A stretch of 64,000 bases of DNA, from positions 1,120,001 through 1,184,000 of the forward strand of contig OZ241841.1 of assembly GCA_965202665.1 (NCBI GenBank), given 5' to 3'. Shown here in pieces: positions 30,201 to 42,200 of the stretch (position 1 is its first letter; every line of letters starts with the position of its first letter). A program made the position numbers and the translations under genes. The notes below the pieces were generated by a model. The model did no database searches and had not been told where the DNA came from. It saw only the letters and a list, made by a program, of their open reading frames with translations. Source of the DNA: Candidatus Spongiisociaceae bacterium. GTDB lineage: Bacteria; Actinomycetota; Acidimicrobiia; Spongiisociales; Spongiisociaceae.

Positions 30201-33200
30201 TAATCAGAAGAGCCCGCCGAACCGTTCTCCGCCGACAAGGTAACCACCGTATCCGCCAACCGAGCTCCCGAACCCGCCGGGAAGCCCACCGCCACATTCA
30301 AAACCTGGTCGGAGCCGGCGCTCTCGCTCACCACCCCCGGCCCCGAATCCGACCCGCCCAGCTCGGCAACCAGAGTTATTACATCCGCAACCGAGTCGTC
30401 GTCGACGATCCGCAATTTGGCCACCGGGTCGGAACCGCCCAACAGCGTACGCGTCGCCCTCAACACATTTTCCGCCGCCTCGTCCGCCGCCTCGTCCGCA
30501 TTCTCCGTATCGGCCTCGCATCCCGTCAGAACAAGCCTTACGACCTGAATGTTCGAATCAATACTGACCAACCGGTTCGAGGTTCCGGGACAACGCGCAA
30601 ACGCCCTGAACACAATGTCCTCCCCCGCGCCCTCGTCCAAATTGTCCTCCACCACTTCCAAGTCGAAGACGGCCGAGGCGCTACTGGAACCGGCCGGTAT
30701 GGTCACCGACTTGCTATCCTCGGGAGGGGGCGGGTCGTTGGCCGGAATCACCAACTGCGTCGAGGCCCCCAAATGGGTACCGATGGTGAAAACCTCCGCC
30801 CCCTCATGCACCGCGTCGTCGGTCACCCGCAACCGCAAAATAACGGTTATGCCGGAGGAACCACTCGGAGCATAAGCGCTGAACCGTCCGTTGGTGATCG
30901 TCAATGGACTATTAAAATGCGCCGAAACCAACTCATAATCCGTCCCCGCCACCGCCGAATCCCCCGCCGCCCCCACCGACACCGTAACCGTCGTACCGCC
31001 TCCACCGGCCCCCGACGGGAAAGACAATTGCAACCGAACATCTACCTCTGAACCCTCCGTCACCTCTGACCTATCTACCGACGCGTGGAGGTTATTACCC
31101 GGTATGGTTACCGGTTCGTCGTCCTCCAACTGCGCAGTCCCCGAAACTCGGAAGTCGTGATAAGCGTTGGCCAGGCCAGCCGCCGACAAGCGGGCTTCCT
31201 CCACGTCGCTCTTATTGTTCACCACCTGCAACAGCAACGGAATGTCCTCGGAGAAGGTGCCAGCGGAGCCGTCGGGGGCTACCAGCCGGGCGGTCGCCCG
31301 CACCGTATGCGACCCGTCGTCCTCCGCTAGGCTGGTTTTATCCAATTCCAGTTGCACGACGGGGGCCGGGTCGTCGTCGATGATTTCCAAGATGGCCCCC
31401 TCCGTCGTCCAACCTTGCAGGTCGGTCCCCACCCGCAACCATTCACTCCCCGACGGCCCAAACAGGATTGCGGACTCAGTGATCGTATCGCCCACAATCG
31501 GCAAATCGAACACCGTCTTCCCGCTCAACTCACCCGCCGGAATGACCACCGTCACCTCCGACCCCCCGTCCACATGGGAGGGGTCCGGCCCTTGGTAGGT
31601 CACACCCTCCGGAATGACCACCGGCGCTCCCGCTCCCACCGGTTTCGGCGAAATCTGAACCGGCGTCCCGTAATCCGTCCCCGACGAAGCCCACCCCGGC
31701 AACACGTTCCCGTCGTCGTCCACATTCGACGACAAAAGCAAGGGAACCGCCAAATCCGCGGCCAAAACGGTGTCCTCCAGCTCAGATGAAAGAGGCGTAC
31801 CCGCTATAGCGGCGGTGACCGTTACCCGCGCCGTATAACCGGCATCGCCTTCCACCACCCGCAACGGCGACAAGGTGAAGTCCAGAACTGTCGGAACCTG
31901 ATCAGACAAATCCCAAATCTCCAGCTCCGTCCCCTCCGTGCTAATGGAAGGATCGGTTCCCTGTTCTTTAGTAACCACCCCGGTGATGGACAGCGATTCG
32001 GTAATGGAAATATCCATGATCGGAATCCCGTTGGGCAAAGAGCCCACTTCCGACCGTTCGGTCTCGCCCGCCACATTGTCGTCGGTAGTCAAAATCCGGA
32101 AAGAGGAGGAGACGGCGCTTTCCCCCGCTGGGATGATGATATACAAGAAGCCGTCCTCTTGGAAACCATCATAGACGATGTAATCCTCTCCCGCCGTAGC
32201 CGTATCATCCTCATTACCCACCGCCACCCGCACCACCGTATCCCGATCCCGCACTCCGTCGGCCCCCTCCGCGCCGGTCAACGAAGCGGTAACCGAAATT
32301 TCAGGTACGTCCCGCAATGCATCCTGCTTGAAAGCATCATCCGTACAATTCTCATTGAACACAGGGGCGTTGTCGTCGTCAACACCCGTAACGCGACATG
32401 CTGTGGAAAACGAAGAGCGTACTATATGCCTCTGGGCGGAGCGGACATAGGCAACTTCCGCTTCCGCGTCAAACTCAAGGCGATCATTGACCTCCCAATC
32501 CCATCCTTCCAAAACATATTCTTGGTCCACGGTCAGTTTCACCGCCACCGTGTCGTCGTCCGCGATACGCAACACCGCCGGGTTGACTTTGTAACGCACC
32601 GGATCCCCGTCTCCCGCCGCTTGCGCAAACCCGAACGCTTCAAAAGTCTCCACTTCTTCCGCCACCTGATCATCCACCAACCGCAACTCACCGGCTTTCA
32701 CCGACACGCTGGAACGCCCGGCCGGAATGGTCAAAGTCAGCCTTTCCCGCTCCAACAACTCATAATCAATACCCGCCGCCGCCGAACCCCGGTTCAACAC
32801 CGCCGTCACCTCCGTATCGGAGGTTACGCTCAAACCGGCAGGCCATCCGGCGGTCAACACCAGCGGCACCCGGCCGTCTCCTTCGCTGACGGTCCCCCGG
32901 CTGAAACGCAAATCCAACTCCCCGGCCGCCTGCTCGTCGTCGATGATCAGCAAAGTGGCTTTGCCGACCCGATACCCTCCGAAAATGGAGCCGGTAACCG
33001 TTATCGACTCGTCGCCTTCCACCACCCGGTCATCCGACACCCGCAACTGCACGGTCGTCTTGCCGACGTGCTTGCCCGCCGGAATGGTCACCGTCGCCGT
33101 CTCCAAAGTGAAGTCGACCCCTTCGGTCGCCCGGCCTTGGTCCGACAACTCCAAGGCCACGGTCCGATCCTCCGCCAGAGTCGGGCAGGCCCCCGCCCGC

Positions 33201-36200
33201 TGGCAGTAGAACTGGGCGGTAACCGTCACCGGAACGGTTCCGTCCCCTTCGCCCACTTCACTCCGGTCCAGGGTGATATTGACCGCATCGACCGGAGATC
33301 TAGGATCATCTACGATAGTCATCGTCACCGGCGCCACCTGCAGGTCCCCGGTGGCCGTTCCGGAAATTATCAGCGACTCCGGCCCTTCCAAATTGGCATC
33401 CGACGGAACGGTTATGGATACTATCGTCTGATGGGCCGGCCCTATCTGAGCGGTGTAAGCGGGAACCTGCAAGGTGTTGCGCGGCAGATAGGTAACCTGG
33501 AAATCATTGGCGGAGGCGGTACCGCCCGCCACCGACAGGGTGACCGTGGCCGTAGAAGTCAAAAACCCCTGGTCGGCGGGAGGAGCGGCGGTGACCAGAT
33601 AGGTTCGGCCCACCCAACCTTCCGGCTCCGGAACGTCCACCCCGTCCGCGGTCAGCAAGGCCGGGGTCAATGTCAGAACCAAATCGGTGGGAGGATCATC
33701 GTTGTCGTTGATGACCAGGTTATGCGTTACGATTTGGTCCCGGAAACCGGCGGAAACCACCACCCGCTCCGCTCCCTCCACCAGTCGGTCATCGGTTACC
33801 GTCAAGTTGAAGGAACCGGTGACCGCGTTCTGACCGGCCGGGATGGTTAATGTGAAATCGGACACGTTCGCATAGTCGGTACGCGCCAAAGCCTGGCCCG
33901 CCTGCGACGGACAGTGCAACCGGCCCGCATCCTCGTCCGCGGTGCAAGCGGTCTCATCGGCGCCCCTCACTCTCACCGCCACCCCGATGGGCGAGGACAG
34001 CACCGCTCCTCCGGCCAGCGAAACGGTTACCCCCACCGCGGTGGTCCCCGAATCTTCCTCTACGGAGGCGGTGTCAACCTTCAAATTCACCGCCAAGTCG
34101 TCGTCGTCGATGATGCTCAAAGTTCCGTTGTTGATGATGGACTGCGGAATGTAGTCGGGGGAAGATCCCGTCAAAGGATCCGAACCGGTGATGGTCAAAA
34201 GCTTGTCCGATTCTTCCGGCAACCGGTCGTCTATCACCGGCAGACTGAAGGTGGTCGAGGCGGTGCGCCGCCCCGCCGGGAAGACAAATGTGAAGTCCGG
34301 CACCGCGGTGTAATCAGTCCCTTCCACAGCGGTGTCGCCCTCCGTCCCCACCGACACCCTGATCGGGGTATCGACGTCCGGGACGGCGCCGGGAACGGTC
34401 ACCTGCCGGGTGCGGAACTCCACGCATCTAGTCAAATCATCGTCGGTCAATAAGTCCCCATCGGGGCCCGGATCGTATGTCACATAAACGAAACTGCTCC
34501 CCTGTTGCGCATTGTCGCATTTGGGGTTGGTGTCGGGGTTGCCGTCGCCGTCGGCGTTATCGACGTCCGGCGCCGGCACCTGATACCCTTCCTGCGCCAC
34601 TTTGTCCACGGTGGCGTTCACCTGCACCGTGGCCGTTCCCGCCCCTTCGCTTACCGTAATAGGGGCTACGGACAGGGTGAAAGTCGGTCCCCGATTGGCT
34701 TCGATGAACATCGGCTTGTCGAACAGGCTGAACCCGGTGGGCGGGTCCAGCGCGGTCCCATCCACTTTGATAGTTTCCGACGGCTCCGATAACCCATCTT
34801 TTTTGACATCCAGCAAGAAATCAGCGGAAGCCTGGGTCTGACCGGCGGGAATAGTTATAACAACGGGGAGCGGCACGGTGAAGTCCGACCCTACGCCTGC
34901 GGGAACCAAGCCGCTCCGGGCGGCGGCGGCCTTCAACTCCACCCGCACCGCCAGGTCGCGGGGGAGACCGGCGGTGAAAGCCGTAAACGACGGCTGGTTT
35001 GACACTTGCGTCACTCGCGCCTGGGCGCCCGCACCTATTGTGTATGAGCAATGCACCGCCCCGAACTCGTCGGGGTCCGCGCAAGTGGCGGACTGCTGGT
35101 TGCCCCCTTGATCGGTGTAAGTAGCGGTGGTAGCGGCCGCGGTCCAAGTCCCCAACTGGGCGGTGACCGTTACCTGTTGCGGCTCATCCCCTTCCGAGAC
35201 CGTTTCGGGGCTTAATGTCAGTCGAACGCCGGGGGGGCCGCGGGAAATGGGATTCCCTTCACGATCAAGAGTTCGATCGTTGTCGTTAATGGTCAGGAAG
35301 AAGTCTCCTAATCTGTAGCCCGACGAAACGGCGGCGACGAACTGTAGGCTCTCCCCGTCTTCGGGAATGTTGTCATCGACCGCCTGCACCGTCATCTGTT
35401 TGCTTGCCGAGCGGCGCTGACCGGCCGGGATGGTCAAAGTTATGGGGGAGGCCAACGTGTAATCCGAGCTGGAAGCGATTACGCTGATCAGCCGCAGGTT
35501 GCGCACCTCCAAGTCCCGGTCCAAGACGGGGGTCCCCGCAGGCAGAAAAGCGGTGACCGCAATGGCCTCCGGACCGTTCCCTTCGGTCACGGAAGGCTGG
35601 AGGGTGGTCACAGAAAGCTGGGAGAAGGTGAGGAAGATCCGGCTGTAGTCGGTGACGGTTACCTGCAATGGGTCGATGTCGTCCCGGAACTCAAATTCCC
35701 CGAACGGGCCGGGGGTGGAAACGGCCCTAATCCACAAACTTTCATCCCCTTCCAACACCTTGTCGCGGATCGGTTTTATGTGGATAACGGCGGTGCCGCT
35801 GGTTTGGCCGGACGTGATGGTGATAGCGGCGGTGGAGGGGGCCGGGTCGCCGTCGGCGTCCACCACCTGGAAGTCAGAACCGGCGAAAGCGGTGCCGGAG
35901 CGCACCTCCAACGGAACTTCGACGTCCACATCCAAACCGGCCGGGGAGCCGCCGTCCCGAACGAGGGAGGCGGTGACGGTTACAGCAGTGTTGACGACGT
36001 CGTTTTCGTTAAGTTCCGTCACGTCCGCCGTCAGCTCAATCCCAGTGGGACGGCGGCTCCACTCGTCATCCCCGATCGGCGCCGAAGCAGGCCGCACCAC
36101 ATACCCGCCAGTGGCGGTACCGGTGAGCATTACGTTGCGGGGGACGGTGTTCACTACCTGGTCATTGAAGTTGGGTTGTGGATCGTTTCCGGACCTGATC

Positions 36201-39200
36201 GGAACAGCATGGCGTGTAGAACTACGATTCTGATTAGTGGCAATCGTAAAGGAACTCATGACCGTCCTGCCGGTTGGCACCACGGCATTCGTAGATACTG
36301 TGACGTTGCTTGCCACGGTGTTTCCGTTTTCCGTTTGAGCCCGACCCACCGTGATCCAGGGACGATTGCTTCTTGCTTCTTCACTTTCGGCGGACAACCC
36401 GACCGAGATTATTTTGTCAAAGGCGGGAATGGTTATGGTGGCCGGGTTGACGGTGAAATTGGCCGCGGAACCGGACACGATCACCGTCTCGTCGGGTTCC
36501 AACTGGTCGCTGTCAGTGGAGGCCGTAAGATTAAACGAAGCGGTACCGGAGGATTGGCCCGCGGCGATAGTTATCGAACCAGGAGCGGAGGCGGTGAAAT
36601 CGGCCGCCTGCGCCGTACCGGGCGAAACCGTTAGCGGAATTGCCAGTGGGCGTTGGGCGGTGACGCCGCTGGGCAAAGAAGCGGTGACGCTGACCGAATG
36701 AGCCATCGCCTGCTCCACGGCCGTAGTCTGGATGCCGGAAGCGCTACTCGTATCCGCCACCAAAGTAACCACCGAATCTGCAGGCGAGTCGGCAACGGTA
36801 ATAGTAAGCTCAGGCAAATACGCAGATGTAGGAGTGGTCATTAGAGGAGGACTAGTCCTGTGAGTTATGTAGTGGTAAATGCTAAAGGTCTCGTCGCCTT
36901 CCGCCAGGTTATCCGCCTTGAGATTTAGTACAATACTAACGGTAACGCTACGTTGGTTAGCTGGCAGAGTAACAAAATTATGAGGCGTAGCCGACCACGA
37001 CGAATAGTCGCTTTGATGGGTGAGAGTATCGTGAGATTGGGTTACCCCAAAGGCTATTGAATAATCTGATGCATAAGGACGACGGTCGTCGGGGACGGAA
37101 AGGGTCAGAGTAAAGGTGTGGGTGGCATCGGCCTCACCTTCCGTTACTCGATATTTGTCCAGGCTCCACTCCATTTCACGTATACCAACTGCGTTTTGGT
37201 CGTTTGCGGGAATGGTAACCGTCGCCCCAATGACCTTATGACTGTCGGATGTCCCCATAATGCTAAATCTTTCAAGGCTCTCCTGTGTCACATCGTCTAA
37301 TACCGACAGGTTCATCTGAGCGGAGGCGCGGCTGGCGCCGGCTGGAATAACTAAGTCGACGGAGGCGGGTGTGAAATCAGTTCCCGAGGTAGCATCACCC
37401 GTGCCACTGCCGGTGAAGGTAGATACCCGTACAACCAGCCCGCCGGGCGACGCGGTGTTCCCTCCACCGAGCTGGGCGGTAACGGTGGCCATGGTGGAGA
37501 CACCCTCGGAAATAGTGGATGGGGACACACTCAGCGTAACCGCGTCATTTTCATCGAGGCACGCAGAGTCGGACACTTCACTGATCACCGCATTGTAAGT
37601 TGTGCTTTGGGAGGCGCTATAGCCCAGCAACTGCATATTGCGCAGGGAACTGGGGATCGGGCCGGTAAAACCGTTCTCGCAGATTAGCAATCTGTTGCTA
37701 GCGGTACCGTCATCGAGAGCGGTATTGACCAGTTCGGCGGGGATGTTGCCGGTCAACCGGTTGTTGCTGATATCCAAATAGTTCAGCCGGGAAAGGCCGC
37801 CTAACGCAACGGGGATGGTTCCGGTCAAATCATTATTATTTAATCTCAGTTGGACGAGGGAACGCGGCAGGTTTATCGGGATGTCGCCGGTCAACCGGTT
37901 GTACTGCAAGTTCAAGTTCGTAAGGCTCGCCAGGTGAGTGAAGTAGGAGGGGATGGTCCCGGCGATGCTACTGGCGCCAACGCTGGCGTTGGACAGATCC
38001 AACGTGGTAACCCAATCTCCCGTTAAGGTCACTCCCGGCCAACTCCCGAGGGCCTCGGTTGTGCCTGTGCCCCACCGCAACAACTTATGGGTGGAGGGCA
38101 GGCCGGCGTTGGCCAAGTTGCCGGTCCAATGGTTGCGGATAGACACCAAGGCCTCGCACTGGCTGACCCTAGTGCGACTTGGCGACGAGCCCACCACGGC
38201 GGTGGTGTTGCAGATGTTCCAATCCAGAGGTGCGTGGGCGTCGTTGTTGGCGATGGTAACCGTGGCCGGGCTGATCGTGAAGGAAGCCAGAGTTCCGGTG
38301 ATGGTGAAGTTTTTGTCCGCCGCCGCCGCGCTGTTCTCGGCGGTGGTCAAATTGAAGGAGACGCTGCCGGTGCGGGAGCCCTGCGGAATGGTGATCCTCT
38401 GACCGGTCACGGTGGTGAAGTCGGTCCCAGCCATCGCCGTCCCGTTGGACAGAGTCAAGGAGATTGAGGTATCGGAGGAGCGAGTAGCGGAGTCGGCAGG
38501 GAAGGCGGCGGTTACCGTGATGTTGGTGGTGGAGCCCTCCGTCACCGTCGCCGGGCTGACGGTCAGGCTGGCCGTAGTCGGCGCGGAGCCGTCGTCGTCG
38601 GTGATGACGAAGGAGGTCCCGACCACCGCAATGTCGTCGACGCTCCCGGTTATGCGCAAGGTCTCGTCCGCTTCGGCGATGGCGTCGTTTTCGAGATTCA
38701 GCGTGAATGTGGCCTTGGCGGAGGTTTGCCCGGCGGGGATAACGATTTCAAACGGGTCCACCGCCGCGTAGTCCCCGGGGGCGGCGGCGCTTCCCCCCGA
38801 CGGGTTTACGGTCACCGTGGTAGCGGAAGTGGGCAGGGCGGGTTGTCCCGCGCCGCTGAAGCCGACCAGGGAGGCGGTAACGGTGATTACGGGATCGGGG
38901 GCGGCGTTTTCGGCCGCGGTCTGCGGGTCCACGCTCAGTTGCACCGCCCGCCGGCAGTCCGCAACCGAACGCAGACGGGGGCTAAACGGCCCGTAGATGA
39001 AACCGGCGTCGGCGGTGGAATCCTCCACCCGCACCCATTCGCTGAGCAGGTCGCTGGGCAGATTGCCGGATAGGTTGTTCCCGCAGAAACTGAACCATCG
39101 CAAAGCGCCACCCGTCCGATAAGGCGAATAGGCCAGTTCCCCCAGCGAAGAGGGGATGGTCCCGCTCAACTGGTTGTCGTCCAAATGCAACCGTTGCAGG

Positions 39201-42200
39201 TTGGTTAACCGGCCCAAAGAGGCGGGAATGGAACCGGTCAGCCGGTTGTCATGCAGATACAACAACGCCAAATTGGACAGGTTGCCCAAAGTGGAGGGAA
39301 TGGTTCCGGTCAGCTGGTTGCCGGACAGGACCAGCGTCGACAGGCGGGGTATGTTACCCAACCGAACCGGGATTTCGCCGGACAGATCGTTGTTGTGCAG
39401 GGTCAGCCAGGTCAGATTGGCCAGATCGACCACTCCGGCCGGGATCTCCCCCGACAGATCGTTGTATTGCAAAGACAACTGATTCAATCTGGTCAAAGAA
39501 CCGATCCCAGACGGAATGGAGCCGGTCAACCCGTTGCCTTCCAGAGTCAGTATGATTAAGTTGGTGAGGCTGGTGATCCCTGAGGGAATGTTCCCAGTCA
39601 ACCGGTTGTTTTCCAGCTTCAGTTGAATCAGGTTGGTCAGGGCGCCTATCTGGGAGGGAATAGAACCGGTCAACCGGTTGTTTTGTATTTGCAGGTTCCG
39701 TAAACTGGTGAGGCTGGTAATCGTAGCAGGAATACTCCCGGTCAACCGGTTGTTGCTCAGTGACAGCCATTCCAGGCCGGTCCAAGAATTGATTCCGGTG
39801 GGAATGTTCCCGGACAACCGGTTGTTGGACAAAATAAGGTGGGTCAGGGTAGCCGAAACGGAGGGTATGGAACCGGTCAACTGGTTGCTGCTCAGATTCA
39901 ACCTGTGCAAGGCGGTCATGGAATTGATTCCGGAGGGGATGGAACCGGACAACCGGTTGTTGTCCAGATGCAGTCGGGACAGGCTGGTCAAACTGGTTAT
40001 CCCAGAGGGGATGGCCCCCGACAACTGGTTGCCGGACAAGATCAGATTTACCAAACCAGTCAGGCTGGTAATCCCAGAAGGTATGGAACCGGTCAACCGG
40101 TTGTTGCCCAGATGAAGTTCGGTGAGGGCGGTCAGCGAACCAATCTGCGACGGGATTGCGCCGGACAGGCGGTTGCCCGTCAAATTAAGGCTTGTCAAAC
40201 CGGTCAGCAAACCGATCTCGGTGGGAATGGTCCCGTACAGGTACTCGTCCGTCGTCCTGGGTTGGAGAGACAGGCGGGTCACCCGGGTCCCGGTGGCCCT
40301 AACGCCCGGCCAGCCCGGCGTGATGTTGATTTTGGCGGCGGGGTCTCCGCTCCCCCAGGAACGCAACGGATGGTCGGCGGGGAGTCCGCCTTCGGCGGCG
40401 GGGCGGGCGTTGTCCGCGTTGCCCAGCCAATGGTTTCTGATAGCGACCAAAGCCCGGCAGTCAGCCACCAGAAGGGCGTTGCTACCGGGGTTGTCCACAT
40501 AGGTCCCGTCGGCGCAAGCGGCCGGGTCCAGGGCGGTGAGGGCGCCGTCGTTGCCGGCGATGGTCACCACCGCATCGGTCACCGTCGTGGAAGACAGGGA
40601 GCCGGACAGCGAACCGGAAACGGTGATCGTTTCGGCGCCTTCGGCCGCCGTGTCCGGTCTAACCGTAATGCTGAAAGTGGTGGTCCCGGTGGTTGCCCCG
40701 GCGGCTAGGGAAATAGCGGCCGGGGCGGTGGCGGTGAAATCTTTAGCAGGGCCCCGTTCCGCTTGGCCGGCCCCGGTTCCGCCCGCCACCGAAACCGTAA
40801 CCGTGGTTCCCCCCGCCGGTGCGACCACCCCGGCGGGCAGGGTGGCGGTGACGGTGATGGCTTGCGTGTTGTCGGCGCTGTTTTCGGTAAGCACCGCCGG
40901 GGAGACGGTGAGGGTTGCCGTCGGGTCGGTGATGGTCAACTTAACCGGGTTGACGGTCAACCCGGCGGCTTGGCCGGAAACGGTCAACGTCTCCGCCCCT
41001 TCCCCGGCCGTGTCCGACGAAATGACCAAACCGAACCGGACGGAAGCGCTGCGGGAACCGGCCGGGATGGTCACCGCCAGGTTGTTGCGCGGTTGGAAGT
41101 CCACCCGGGGGGTGGCCGTATCCCCGGCGACCGCCCCCACCGACGCGTTGATTACCGTGTCCTGGTCGCGGGCCTTGGAATCACCCGCGAAGGCGGCTCG
41201 CAAAGTGATAATTACGGACCGGGACCCGTCGGGGGATTCGGCCACGGTGGCGGGGGACAGGGACAGGTCGATGGCGGTGGGAGCGGGGTCGCTGGCCGGA
41301 ATGGTGAACGTAGCCGGTTGCACCGCGTATCCAGACCCTTCCCCGGCCGAACCGGTGAGGGTGATGGTTTCGGCGTCTTCAGTTGTCCGATCGTTGTCCA
41401 CGGCGATGGCGAGGTCGGCGGTGGCGGAACGGGTGTTGGCCGGAATGGTGATGGTCACCGTCTCGGGAGCGGTGTAATCCCCGGCGACCGCCTCATCCAC
41501 CTCGGCGGTGTCCGGGTCATCGGCCCGGCTGCGGGTGGCCGTATCGTCCGTCTTCCCCACCGTTACGGTGACCGTAACCGGGTCGGCGGGCGTGGTCACC
41601 CCGGCCGCGTATTCGGCGGTCACGGTGGCCGAAACCGAATCGCCCTCCCCGGCTTGGTTGGGAGAGACGGTGAGCGTAATCCCCTTATCGTTGTCGGTGA
41701 TGGTAAAGAAGGTGTTGTCAACCGTGTAGGAGCCCCCCGCCACGGTTCCCACCAAGCTGACGGTCTCCGAACCTTCCCCAGGTGTCTCATCGTCGATGAC
41801 ATTCAAAGCGAAAGCGGCTGAGCCGCTCCTCTGTCCGGCCGGAATCACGATGCGGAGGGTTGCGACGGCCTGGTAGTCCTGCCCGCGGGTAGCGGTGCTG
41901 GCCAACGTGGCCTGCTCGCCGATGGCGACGTCCACCACCGTCCGGGAGCTGACCGGGACGGCGTCGTCCGGGAAAGCGGCCGTAACCGTAACGGTGCGGG
42001 CCCCGACGTCCTCCGCTGCGAAAGTCTGCGCTCCGGAAATGTCCGGGTCAAGGTCAACGGCCAACGCCACCCGTTGCGGAGTTTCGTCGGCGTCGGTCAG
42101 GGTTACGGTTCTGCTGGCGGGGGAGACGGTCAACCCTTCGGGCTGGACTATTTTGACCGTTATCGTTTCCGAAGCCCCCGCCCCAGTCTCGTCCAGCTGG

